Shown here: piece by piece, positions 19,613 through 28,996 of the stretch
Layout of the letters: each line of letters begins with the position of its first letter
How positions within the stretch are numbered: the stretch's first letter is position 1
Virus record (IMG/VR): IMGVR_UViG_3300025413_000002
Span: 3,044 to 67,043 of that record
Origin: a virus
DNA length: 64,000 bases
Strand: one strand, 5' to 3'
Program-made: the position numbers and the translations under genes
The notes under the pieces: model-generated
The model's input: the letters and a program-made list of their open reading frames with translations, nothing else
Database searches by the model: none
What the model was told of the DNA's origin: nothing

Positions 19613-19806
19613 ACGCAAATGAATTAGCCGATGCACTAGAAATACGGGCAAAAATCCGTAGGCAAGCAACCAGTCGTAAAAGCGTACAAGAAGGTGCTAA
19701 CGATAGACTTGCTGACCAACTAGAACAGGCGGCTTTTGTAATACGGAAACAAGTAAAAGAAATAGAAATACTTAAAAGATGTATAGGCATTGAACCACAG
19801 AAGTAA
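19609..19806 (+). CDS. Small hypothetical protein
   Basis: MNANELADALEIRAKIRRQ...; ATG at 19609 by ATGA overlap. Confidence 0.6.
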   Translation: MNANELADALEIRAKIRRQATSRKSVQEGANDRLADQLEQAAFVIRKQVKEIEILKRCIGIEPQK

Positions 19807-19869
19807 CTTATTGATTTATATAGCATTTACCAGTAAAACTTAATTTTCTAAAAATACAGGGAAAAAACC

Positions 19870-20136
19870 ATGGCACTACGATTATCAGTTGCAACTCAAT
19901 TTGGCGTACCAGCCCCACAAGCCTACGCTAGAATTACGAACTTCTACGGCACTAAGGACAATCTCCAAGTGCAAGTGGCAATTCACTACGACCAAGCGGC
20001 TAGAGAAGCAAATATGGCAACGGTTCGTGAAGATGCTCATTACATTGCAATCGAGGACTTAAAAGGCGACCTGATTCCAGCTATCTACGAAGTCCTCAAA
20101 ACCTTTGAGCAGTACAAGGGCGCAGAAGACTGCTAA
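19870..20136 (+). CDS. Small fibre-associated protein
   Basis: 88 aa, TQFGV..AYARI...YEVLKT...AEDC. Confidence 0.6.
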   Translation: MALRLSVATQFGVPAPQAYARITNFYGTKDNLQVQVAIHYDQAAREANMATVREDAHYIAIEDLKGDLIPAIYEVLKTFEQYKGAEDC

Positions 20137-20144
20137 GGTTATAG

Positions 20145-21353
20145 GTGTTCGCTAAGCAGCCAATTGCTTCTGGCTCTTTTGTAGCTAGAGGCTTTATTAA
20201 GTCTAGGGTTTCGGTAACTGAACCCTATACGGTTGCGGACTCAGAATCTGGACTGCCTACTTATGTTCAGGCTATTACCGAGATTTTAACCGTTGCGGAC
20301 TCTAATTCTGCGGCTGCGGCATTTTTAAGCTCTATTAGTGAGGCTTTTACTTCTGCTGATTCTGCATCGGTTGTTGCTAGTTTTTTAAGCAGTATTAGTG
20401 AAGACTTAAATGTTGCGGATGCTAGTTCTGTTCTAGCTAGTTTTTTAAGCAGTATTAGTGAAGACCTAAATTCCGCTGACTCCCAGTCAGTTGCTGCTAC
20501 ATTTATTTATTCTATTTCTGAAAGCCTAACCCTAGCCGATTCTAGTACTGTAGTTACAGCTTTCCTAAGCGCTATTACAGAAAACCTAGATGCTGCCGAT
20601 ACCGCATCTGTATTAGCTAGTTTTTTAAGTTCAATTTCTGAGGATATCCTTTCTGAGGCTGATGCCGAGTCGGTTATTGCTACGTTCTCAGTAGCCGTCG
20701 TTGAGTCAATCCTAGCGGAAGCCGATAGCGAATCGGTAATTGCAACATTTACTGCGGCTATTTCTGAAGCATTAAACATTGCGGATTCAGAGTCGGTTGT
20801 CCTAGCTTTTAACGCAGCAATCACAGAATCTACAACCCTAGATAATGCCCAAGCGGTACAGGCCGCCTTTGCTGCTGCAGTTCAAGAAGCCACAACCCTA
20901 GCAGAAACCGAGACTGCCGTAGCTAGCTTTACAGCCTTTGTTAGTGAGAATTCTACCTTTGCCGATGCCCCTGCAGCTATTGTTTCTTTTGTATCTAGTA
21001 TTGCCGAGGCGCTAGGCATAGCCGAATCTGAAGTAGTAGTTAAAATCTACAACTCTGCCATCACAGAAGCCTTGAGCGCAGCTGATGCAGCTACAGCCAT
21101 ACGTATTCAAAATGCCTTAATAGCAGAAAACATTAACCCCGCTGATGCTATAACCGTAATTGCCTCATTTAGTAGCCAGATAACCGAGAATTTGGTATTA
21201 TTGGATAGCCCATTCCCGCGTGGATGGTATGCTATTAACGATGGGCAGGCGGGTAATTGGGCTGCAGTAAATAACACAGAATCAAATACTTGGACAAGCA
21301 TTAACGACGGACAAACAGTAACTTGGGTACCAATTAATAATAACTACCCATAA
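20145..21353 (+). CDS. 20-aa repeat protein (about 17 repeats), paralogue of 16609
   Basis: ISExLxxAD units; 60-bp DNA period visible near 20376 and 20436; Trp-repeat C-terminus. Confidence 0.7.
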   Translation: MFAKQPIASGSFVARGFIKSRVSVTEPYTVADSESGLPTYVQAITEILTVADSNSAAAAFLSSISEAFTSADSASVVASFLSSISEDLNVADASSVLASFLSSISEDLNSADSQSVAATFIYSISESLTLADSSTVVTAFLSAITENLDAADTASVLASFLSSISEDILSEADAESVIATFSVAVVESILAEADSESVIATFTAAISEALNIADSESVVLAFNAAITESTTLDNAQAVQAAFAAAVQEATTLAETETAVASFTAFVSENSTFADAPAAIVSFVSSIAEALGIAESEVVVKIYNSAITEALSAADAATAIRIQNALIAENINPADAITVIASFSSQITENLVLLDSPFPRGWYAINDGQAGNWAAVNNTESNTWTSINDGQTVTWVPINNNYP

Positions 21354-21363
21354 AGGATAAAAC

Positions 21364-22587
21364 ATGTCAAGCACTTACTCACCCATATTACGGACCGAAC
21401 TAATCGGTTCTGGAGACCAAGCCGGTGCTTGGGGCGCAACTACAAACTCAAACTTCCAATATATCTTTGAATCAGCAATTGCTGGCTATGTAGCAGTTAC
21501 TGTTAGCCCAAGCTCAAATAATCAGGTTCTTACCTACGTAAATGGCCCATCTGCTTCCGCTGCATTAGACCAGTCTATCTATGCAATTATTAAATTAAAT
21601 GCAGGTACTTTGGGTGCTAATTTTAATATTTATGCACCACCAGTAAGTAAAACTTTTATTATTTGGAACAATACTAGCTATGCTGCTACGTTTTATAACT
21701 CTAGTGTTATCGGCAATACAACTGCAGCAGGTTCAGGCGTAACAGTCCCAGCAGGTTCTAAAGTATGGATTTGGTCAGACGGTACTAACTTCTGGGGTAA
21801 CGATACTATTGCTAATAACTTAACTGTTACAGGAAACTTAAGTATTGGTGGTAATGAAACTATTACAGGTACTTTAGGGGTTACTGGTATAGCAACATTT
21901 ACCGCCCAGCCTATCATGTCTAGCCTAACTGCTTCTCAAGCGGTATTTACAGATGGGTCTAAAGGATTAATAAGTGTAGCTAATACTGGTACAGGTTCAA
22001 ATGTTCTTGCAGTATCCCCAGCTTTAACTGGTACGCCAACAGCCCCAACACCATCTGGTAGCGATAACTCAACTACTATTGCTACAACAGCATTTGTCCA
22101 GTCTAAAGTTGGTACCCTTGGTACTATGGCTACTCAAAATGCTAATGCTGTAGCTATTACTGGTGGAACACTTAATGGTGTTACTGGTACATCATCTGGA
22201 TTAACTGTAGGAACTGCTGGTACTTGTACAGGTAATGCTGCAACTGCAACAGCCCCTGCTGGTGGTGGAACATTTTTAACTTCTAGTACTAAACTTGGTT
22301 TGGGCATTACAGGTGAGACTTGGCACAATTTAACTGGCACAAACGTAGCTAACCAAACCTATACAAATAGCCGTTCATACCCAATCATGGTAAATATTCA
22401 ATTGCACTCTGGTTCATCTGGAACTAACCCATCTTATCTATATGTTAACGGTAATGCAGTAGCAAACGTTAACGGGGGTGGTTGGACTGGCGGTATGGAT
22501 GCAGTATGTTCAGCAATTGTACCTCCTGGTGCTACATATTCTACAAATTCATCCTCCGCTGGAAGTAGTTGGTGGGAATTGTATTAA
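21364..22587 (+). CDS. Tail fibre/spike protein
   Basis: GAWGATTN N-terminus, SPALTGTPTAPT...IATTAFVQ fibre motif, C-terminal AIVPPGATY...WWEL. Confidence 0.75.
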   Translation: MSSTYSPILRTELIGSGDQAGAWGATTNSNFQYIFESAIAGYVAVTVSPSSNNQVLTYVNGPSASAALDQSIYAIIKLNAGTLGANFNIYAPPVSKTFIIWNNTSYAATFYNSSVIGNTTAAGSGVTVPAGSKVWIWSDGTNFWGNDTIANNLTVTGNLSIGGNETITGTLGVTGIATFTAQPIMSSLTASQAVFTDGSKGLISVANTGTGSNVLAVSPALTGTPTAPTPSGSDNSTTIATTAFVQSKVGTLGTMATQNANAVAITGGTLNGVTGTSSGLTVGTAGTCTGNAATATAPAGGGTFLTSSTKLGLGITGETWHNLTGTNVANQTYTNSRSYPIMVNIQLHSGSSGTNPSYLYVNGNAVANVNGGGWTGGMDAVCSAIVPPGATYSTNSSSAGSSWWELY

Positions 22588-22808
22588 TGAAAGAGTTTTT
22601 AAACCAACTTCTTACTGGTAAAGATAACCACACGCAGGATATTGCGCGGTGGAGTTGGATGATTTGCTTGCTTGCTATTATTGCCTTGGCTGGGTATGAA
22701 GTAATGCACGGTACAGTTAGCCTAAGAGAAGTTGCTGAAGCATTTGGTATTGTCGCTGGCGCTCATGGCGCCGCTGTTATGCTTAAAAAAGATACGGAAC
22801 CAGAATAA
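22587..22808 (+). CDS. Putative holin
   Basis: Two hydrophobic segments, charged C-terminus, start of the lysis cassette. Confidence 0.55.
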   Translation: MKEFLNQLLTGKDNHTQDIARWSWMICLLAIIALAGYEVMHGTVSLREVAEAFGIVAGAHGAAVMLKKDTEPE

Positions 22809-23227
22809 TGTGGGGACTATTAAGTGGGTACATTAATTACATCAAAGTTGGACTGGCTGTGGGTATTTGCGTTGGCCTTTTCACTTGGGGCTATAGCATT
22901 GGTCATAGCGGACTCGTGGAATACAAGGCAAGAGTCGAAGCCACCGCCAAAACACAAGAAGAAAAAATCCAATCAATCCAAGCACAACACGAATTAATCA
23001 ATAAAGGAATATCAGATGAGTATGAAGGCAAGCTTGCTGCTTTGCGTAATTATTATGGCAGGATGCAGCTCAACCCCAGTAGCAGTCCAATGTCCGGCAT
23101 TTCCCCAACCCCCAAAGGAACTGATGCAGCAACCGCCTACCCAGTACTTGTTGAACAATGCGCTGAAACAACCCTCCAAGTAAATTTATGGCAACAATGG
23201 GCTACAGAGCACGGATTAATTAAATGA
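22808..23227 (+). CDS. Rz-like spanin
   Basis: N-terminal TM helix, coiled coil, late Cys; adjacent to the endolysin. Confidence 0.6.
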   Translation: MWGLLSGYINYIKVGLAVGICVGLFTWGYSIGHSGLVEYKARVEATAKTQEEKIQSIQAQHELINKGISDEYEGKLAALRNYYGRMQLNPSSSPMSGISPTPKGTDAATAYPVLVEQCAETTLQVNLWQQWATEHGLIK

Positions 23228-23817
23228 GTCCTGAACAGTTAAAATCTCTTGGTATTGATGAAAAATGGTATGAACCATTAGTTGCTACTTTTGTAAAGTA
23301 TGGCATCTCTACTACTAAGCGACAAGCTGCTTTTTTGGGTCAGTGCATGCATGAATCTAATAATTTTAGAACCCTAGAAGAAGACTTAGACTATTCAGCT
23401 AATGCGCTTATGCGTGTTTGGCCTAGTCGTTTCCCTGACCACGATGTTGCTGATAAGTATGCACATAATCCTGAAAAGATAGCTAATAAAGTATATGCAG
23501 GTCGTATGGGTAATACCGAAGACGGCGAGGGGTTTAAGTACAGGGGAAGAGGGGTCATCCAGCTAACTGGTAAGGATGAATATTTATTTTGTGGTTCTAG
23601 CCTTGGGATTGATACAATTAGTAATCCAGATATTATTCTTGAGCCTAAATGGGCTTGTATGTCTGCTGGTTGGTTCTGGAACAAAAAAGATTTAAATTCC
23701 TGTGCAGATTCTGGGGATTACAAAGAGATGACCCGTAGAATTAACGGGGGTATGAATGGATATGACGAGCGCGTAGTAAAAATTGCTGCCGCACAAAAAA
23801 CACTGGATACCTACTAA
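23224..23817 (+). CDS. Endolysin, glycoside hydrolase family 19
   Basis: AAFLGQCMHES, YRGRGVIQLTG, SAGWFW, TRRINGG. Confidence 0.9.
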   Translation: MSPEQLKSLGIDEKWYEPLVATFVKYGISTTKRQAAFLGQCMHESNNFRTLEEDLDYSANALMRVWPSRFPDHDVADKYAHNPEKIANKVYAGRMGNTEDGEGFKYRGRGVIQLTGKDEYLFCGSSLGIDTISNPDIILEPKWACMSAGWFWNKKDLNSCADSGDYKEMTRRINGGMNGYDERVVKIAAAQKTLDTY

Positions 23818-25802
23818 TGCCATTACAAAAACTACAATTTAGACCTGGTATCAACCGAGAAGGCACAACACTTTCCAATGAAGGTGGCTGGTATGCGGGC
23901 GATAAGATTCGTTTTCGTTCGGGTCAGGTAGAAAAGATTGGTGGCTGGGTACTCGATGGTGGCACGGTATCTACAGGTGGAAACATGGTTGGGGTTATCC
24001 GTTCTTTGTGGAACTGGATTGGTCTTAACGGCTATAACTACATGGGTATTGGTACAAACCAAAAGTTCTATATTCAAAACGGTACAGGCGGCTATGAATA
24101 CGACGTTACACCTATTCGCTATGTGGCACCTTCTGGCAACACTACTTTTACTGCTACTAATGGCTCGTCTATAATTACTGTAACAGATGCAGGCCATGGT
24201 GCGCAGACTGGTGACTGGGTTACTTTTAGCGGTGCAGTTAGTCTTGGTGGTAACGTAACAGCTGCTGTTTTAAATGCAATTACTGGCTATCAAATTACTT
24301 ATGTCTCCTCTTCACAATTTACAATTACTGTACCTGTAACAGCTAACTCAAGCGATTCAGGTAATGGTGGTGGCTCTGTTGTAGCTACATACCAGATTAC
24401 TACTGGTAGCGATATCTATACTACCAACGTAGGTTGGGGTGCAGGTGGTTGGAGCGGTGTAACTACTGGGTATACATCTACAGGCTGGGGTGCAGCAGCA
24501 CCTGCTGGTCTTGGTATTGGCGTGCAGTTGCGTTTATGGAGTCAGTCTAACTTTGGCCAAAACTTGCTATTTAACCCACGTGGTGGTCCTATCTATTACT
24601 GGGTTGTAGATGGTGCAAACTCCAACGTATACAACGTAGCTCAAGTTATATCTGCTTCAAATACTAATACCCAAAATGGTACAGCTTGGTGGTATGGAGA
24701 TACTAATACTCCTCAAATGGCTAACTATATATTGGTGTCTGATGCTAGCCGCTTTACTATTGCATTTGGTACTAATGACTATGGCTCATCTACACAAAAT
24801 CCAATGCTTATTCGTTGGTCTGACCAAGAAAGCGTATTAACTTGGACCCCCTCAATTACTAACCAAGCTGGTAGTTATCTTCTTAGCCATGGTTCAACTA
24901 TTGTTAGTGCACTCCAATCTCGCCAAGAGATTCTAGTATTTACTGACGCTGCTATCTACTCTATGCAATATTTAGGTGCCCCTTATGTTTGGGGTTTCCA
25001 ATTACTTGCTGATAATATCTCTATTATTGCCCCTAATGCTGCATCTACAGTAAATAACGTTACTTACTGGATGGGTCAAGATAAGTTCTATATGTATTCA
25101 GGTCGTGTAGAAACATTACCTTGTACCTTGCGTGAGTATGTATATCAGAACATTAATATGGTTCAGTCTCAACAGTTCTTCTCTGGAACTAACGAGGGCT
25201 TTAATGAAGTATGGTGGTACTATTGTTCTGCCAATTCAAACTACATTGACCGTTATGTAATCTATAACCACTTAGAGCGTATTTGGTACTACGGTAATTT
25301 ACAACGTACTGCTTGGCTAGATAGTGCATTGCGCTCAACACCTACTGCAGCTAATTATGTTGTAGGAAGCACAACCTATTCTACTTTGCTGTACCATGAA
25401 AATGGAGTTAATAATGGTGAAACAAACCCTCCATCGGCTATTGACTCTTATATACAATCTTCTGATTTTGATATTGGTGATGGGCATAATTTTGGGTTTG
25501 TGTGGCGTATCATTCCAGACGTTTCTTTTAATGGTTCAACAAACAATAATCCGTCGTTAAACTTCACTGTATTACCACGGCAAAACCCTGGCGCTCCTTA
25601 TGGGCAGGATGATAACCCTGCAGTAGTTAGTACACAAAACTACCAGAACCAACGTACCTATGAAGTACAACAGTTTAGCGAATATGCTTATGTGCGGATG
25701 CGTGGTCGTCAGATGGCATTTAAAATTGAGTCAAACCAACTTGGAACCCAATGGCAGCTAGGTGTACCCCGTATTGATATTAGGCCTGATGGAAGAAGAT
25801 AA
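23817..25802 (+). CDS. Tail nozzle / packaged-DNA stabilisation protein
   Basis: 661 aa beta-rich; IRWSDQE, EVWWYY, RGRQ motifs typical of podovirus nozzles. Confidence 0.65.
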   Translation: MPLQKLQFRPGINREGTTLSNEGGWYAGDKIRFRSGQVEKIGGWVLDGGTVSTGGNMVGVIRSLWNWIGLNGYNYMGIGTNQKFYIQNGTGGYEYDVTPIRYVAPSGNTTFTATNGSSIITVTDAGHGAQTGDWVTFSGAVSLGGNVTAAVLNAITGYQITYVSSSQFTITVPVTANSSDSGNGGGSVVATYQITTGSDIYTTNVGWGAGGWSGVTTGYTSTGWGAAAPAGLGIGVQLRLWSQSNFGQNLLFNPRGGPIYYWVVDGANSNVYNVAQVISASNTNTQNGTAWWYGDTNTPQMANYILVSDASRFTIAFGTNDYGSSTQNPMLIRWSDQESVLTWTPSITNQAGSYLLSHGSTIVSALQSRQEILVFTDAAIYSMQYLGAPYVWGFQLLADNISIIAPNAASTVNNVTYWMGQDKFYMYSGRVETLPCTLREYVYQNINMVQSQQFFSGTNEGFNEVWWYYCSANSNYIDRYVIYNHLERIWYYGNLQRTAWLDSALRSTPTAANYVVGSTTYSTLLYHENGVNNGETNPPSAIDSYIQSSDFDIGDGHNFGFVWRIIPDVSFNGSTNNNPSLNFTVLPRQNPGAPYGQDDNPAVVSTQNYQNQRTYEVQQFSEYAYVRMRGRQMAFKIESNQLGTQWQLGVPRIDIRPDGRR

Positions 25803-26080
25803 TGTCTACCCCAAATACCATAGCCCCCCGATTACCCGTTGCGCCCATTGAATATGACCAGCGCTTCATGGAAGAGTTTCTTCGTATATTACGTCTTTAT
25901 TTTGCTCAGCTAGATAATAATGGCCCAATTCAAGGAACTACGTTAAATTTAAGCACAATTAATCAAACGACTGGGGTACCCGCAGTATCCATACCAACCC
26001 AAACTAGCCTAGCAACCTTACGTACTGGTGATGTGTACTACGATACAACGGCTGGGAATGTGCTAAAGATTAAGACATAA
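25802..26080 (+). CDS. Small tail protein
   Basis: LPVAPIEYD...LRLYF. Confidence 0.6.
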   Translation: MSTPNTIAPRLPVAPIEYDQRFMEEFLRILRLYFAQLDNNGPIQGTTLNLSTINQTTGVPAVSIPTQTSLATLRTGDVYYDTTAGNVLKIKT

Positions 26081-26126
26081 CAACGACATATTAATGATAA
26101 AATTGGACAAATTCAAGGAATAGGCC

Positions 26127-26594
26127 ATGGCAGGAATATTAGGAAACGATAGCAGTTTGACTAGCAAAGCAGCTCAGCTTGCTGCTGCTATTACTGGTGA
26201 CGCACCCCAACAAGGTAACCCTGAAGAAGGTAAACAAGTTGTAGCTATTCTATTACATGATTTTAAACTTCGTGGTTTAAACCCTAAACTAGGTATTGCT
26301 GGACTTTTAAAAGGGGTCCAACAAGGGGTTGTTAAGCTTATAAAAAAAGATAACACGGTTATGGCAGTTCAGAAACTAAACCCTATTACTGCTAAAGTGC
26401 ACTTTTTTACCCTAGACCCAGAAGCCCAATTTCAGCAAATAGTCAAAGGCTTTATAGACACCCTTAGGCAAAATGGCTGTAAAGTAATTTATGATGTTGT
26501 AGCAGACCCACATAATGTTCGTGCGATAGCTGCAGCAGGGGGGCATTTACAACCACCAGATATACCTGGTATGAAATTTAAGGCTTTACTATGA
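26127..26594 (+). CDS. Hypothetical protein
   Basis: 155 aa, AAGGA SD; extended -10-like TGATAAAAT at 26095-26103. Confidence 0.6.
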   Translation: MAGILGNDSSLTSKAAQLAAAITGDAPQQGNPEEGKQVVAILLHDFKLRGLNPKLGIAGLLKGVQQGVVKLIKKDNTVMAVQKLNPITAKVHFFTLDPEAQFQQIVKGFIDTLRQNGCKVIYDVVADPHNVRAIAAAGGHLQPPDIPGMKFKALL

Positions 26595-26992
26595 GTCAAG
26601 TAGTATTAAATACTACCCAAAAAGTTGAGGCTTTGCTACCTGAACTTCGAACTTTACCGCAAGTAGATTGTGATACCCAGCATTATTTTGGTCCTAATAT
26701 GTACATTAGGCAAGTGACTATGCCAGCAGGCTCTGTTATTATTGGTAAATCTCATAAAGCAGAGCATATGTGCATTATGTTACAAGGGCATATGCTGATT
26801 GTAAATGAAGATGGCTCAAAAACTGAGCTAGTAGCCCCTAAAACTTTTGTTGGAACCCCAGGACGCAAAGTTGCGTACATACTGGAGACGACCGTTTTTC
26901 AAAACATTTTTGTAACTGATGAGACAGACATAGAGAAACTAGAGAATATGCTCGTCGGTAATACCCAGCCATTGCTGGAACAGGGAGATTGA
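26591..26992 (+). CDS. Cupin-fold protein
   Basis: HYFGPNMYIRQVTMPAGSVIIGKSHKAEHMCIMLQG. Confidence 0.65.
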   Translation: MSQVVLNTTQKVEALLPELRTLPQVDCDTQHYFGPNMYIRQVTMPAGSVIIGKSHKAEHMCIMLQGHMLIVNEDGSKTELVAPKTFVGTPGRKVAYILETTVFQNIFVTDETDIEKLENMLVGNTQPLLEQGD

Positions 26993-26993
26993 T

Positions 26994-28580
26994 ATGGCTG
27001 TAATTGACTGCGCAGTTGCAGTAGGTTCATTCGTTGGGGCAGATGCTCTTGGTGCTGGTGCTGCGGCTGTAGCTGGCGGTGCGATTATGGGTGCTGGTGC
27101 TGGTGCTCTTTATAGTGGCATTACTGGTGATGGTAATATTTTAAATAGTGCTCTTAATGGTGCTCTTATTGGCGGCGGTATTGGCGGTATCGGTGGTGCT
27201 GTTGGACTTACTGGTGCATCTGGTAGTTTATTTGGCGCCCCACAAGCTGGTGCGTTAAGCGGTGTAGGTAGTTCTCTTTTCCCAGCGGCTACTGGTGCCG
27301 TTACTCCAACAGTTGCTGCCCCTATTGCTGCCAGTAGCATTGGTAGTTCCGCTGCTCCTGCTATTGTAGATACTACTATACCTTCTGTAGGTGCAACAAA
27401 TGCTGTAACACCTTCTATGGTGGCTGCGGCTAATGCAACTACAGACCCTATAGGTGCCATGGGGTATATGACTAGTGCAACACCTTCAGAACTTGCTGCT
27501 GCTACTGGCCCAGGCGCACAACTTGCTGCTCCTAGCTTTTGGGACTCTGGTATGGGTACCGCAGCTAAATGGGGCGCTGGCTTAATGGCTGCTAATGCAA
27601 TTATGAATAACGATGGTAAAAAATATGGCACATTATCTCAAAGCCAAGTTCAATCTTTACCACTACAGTACCAATCTAACTTCGGTACATACAAACCTTT
27701 AGATACTTCTGTTATGCGCCCTATGGGTCCTGCAATTGGATATACTGGAACTCCTTATGGCGCTCCTGGTTATGTTGGTAGTCGTATTGGTTATGCAGCT
27801 GGTGGCGCTATTGATGGTGGTCTCTCTGATGCTAACCCTACACAAAATCCAAGTGTTGGTCCTGTAGAACAAATGTCTCGTGATAATGCACTTGGCCAAA
27901 ACCAAATGTTCCCACAAGCCAATATTAATAGCCCAGCTTTTTCAAGTGCAACTAATACCCCAATGGGTACAAATATGATTGCCGCCGCTGGCGATACTAA
28001 TGTCGACCCTTATACTGGCGCTGAACGATTTGCTGATGGTGGTTTGCTAGAAAACATAGCTACTATGCCAATTCGTCAGTTAGAAGCAGCTGCTAATAAT
28101 CCTGAGCAAGCATTGCTTGGAGCCAATACTCCATTTGAAACTTCTATGTGGAATGGCTTGCTTGGTACAAATTACACACCAACAACTAATATGTGGGGCA
28201 CTCCTACTGATGCAGCAGTTGCAGGGGATGTTTCTCATCGTCCACAATATGCAGCCCAAGGCGGTATTATGCAAGGGTATGCTCAAGGTGGAGTTCCTAA
28301 TTTAGGTGGCTATGCAGCTGGTGGAAACCCAAGATTATTAAAAGGACCAGGCGATGGTATGTCAGATAATATTCCAGCGGTTATTGGACAAAAACAACCT
28401 GCAAGGTTGGCTGATGGTGAGTTTGTTGTACCTGCTGATGTTGTCTCGCATCTCGGTAACGGCTCTACTGATGCTGGTGCAAAGAAATTACATAGCATGA
28501 TGGACAATGTTCGTAAGGCTAGAACTGGACGTAAGGCACAAGGCAAACAGATTAAAGCAGATAAATTTATTCCAAAATGA
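26994..28580 (+). CDS. Putative internal/ejection protein
   Basis: Gly/Ala hydrophobic N-terminus, repeated [YF]AxGG, C-terminal GPGDGMSDNIPA...LADGEFVVPADVV. Confidence 0.65.
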   Translation: MAVIDCAVAVGSFVGADALGAGAAAVAGGAIMGAGAGALYSGITGDGNILNSALNGALIGGGIGGIGGAVGLTGASGSLFGAPQAGALSGVGSSLFPAATGAVTPTVAAPIAASSIGSSAAPAIVDTTIPSVGATNAVTPSMVAAANATTDPIGAMGYMTSATPSELAAATGPGAQLAAPSFWDSGMGTAAKWGAGLMAANAIMNNDGKKYGTLSQSQVQSLPLQYQSNFGTYKPLDTSVMRPMGPAIGYTGTPYGAPGYVGSRIGYAAGGAIDGGLSDANPTQNPSVGPVEQMSRDNALGQNQMFPQANINSPAFSSATNTPMGTNMIAAAGDTNVDPYTGAERFADGGLLENIATMPIRQLEAAANNPEQALLGANTPFETSMWNGLLGTNYTPTTNMWGTPTDAAVAGDVSHRPQYAAQGGIMQGYAQGGVPNLGGYAAGGNPRLLKGPGDGMSDNIPAVIGQKQPARLADGEFVVPADVVSHLGNGSTDAGAKKLHSMMDNVRKARTGRKAQGKQIKADKFIPK

Positions 28581-28996
28581 CCCTAACTGTCCGCCAAATT
28601 GGTCCTAAATGCATGCCCAGGGCTTTCCCTGAGTTTAGGTCTTTTATTGCGGAAGGGCTAAAAGATACGGATGACTGCACTGCAGATGATGCAAAAGAGT
28701 ATTTAGAAAGAGGAGATTGGTTATTATTTTCTGTTTATGATGACCAAAACGTAGTTAAAGGTGCTTATGTTGTTACCTATAACCATGCTCCTGCTGGTAA
28801 AATTGCGATAATTATATCTGCTGCAGGTAAGGGGTTGGCTAGCACTGAAGTGTTTGGTCAGCTATGTGAAATTGTTAAAGCATCAGGCGCTACAAAATTC
28901 CAGGCATTAGCCAAAGAATCAGCAGCTAGATTATATAAACGTGTTGGCTTTGAGAATAAAGCTATATTAGTGGAGAAGACATTATGGGTGGCATAG
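28577..28996 (+). CDS. GNAT-like protein of the ejection module
   Basis: 139 aa, AARLYKRVGF resembles the GNAT C-terminal motif; lies between ejection genes. Confidence 0.5.
   Translation: MTLTVRQIGPKCMPRAFPEFRSFIAEGLKDTDDCTADDAKEYLERGDWLLFSVYDDQNVVKGAYVVTYNHAPAGKIAIIISAAGKGLASTEVFGQLCEIVKASGATKFQALAKESAARLYKRVGFENKAILVEKTLWVA

Noticed and set aside
14332-22587. Diversity-generating retroelement or invertible fibre cassette
   Set aside because: No reverse transcriptase or recombinase seen, no adenine-specific template/variable repeat pair, and all cassettes face the same way
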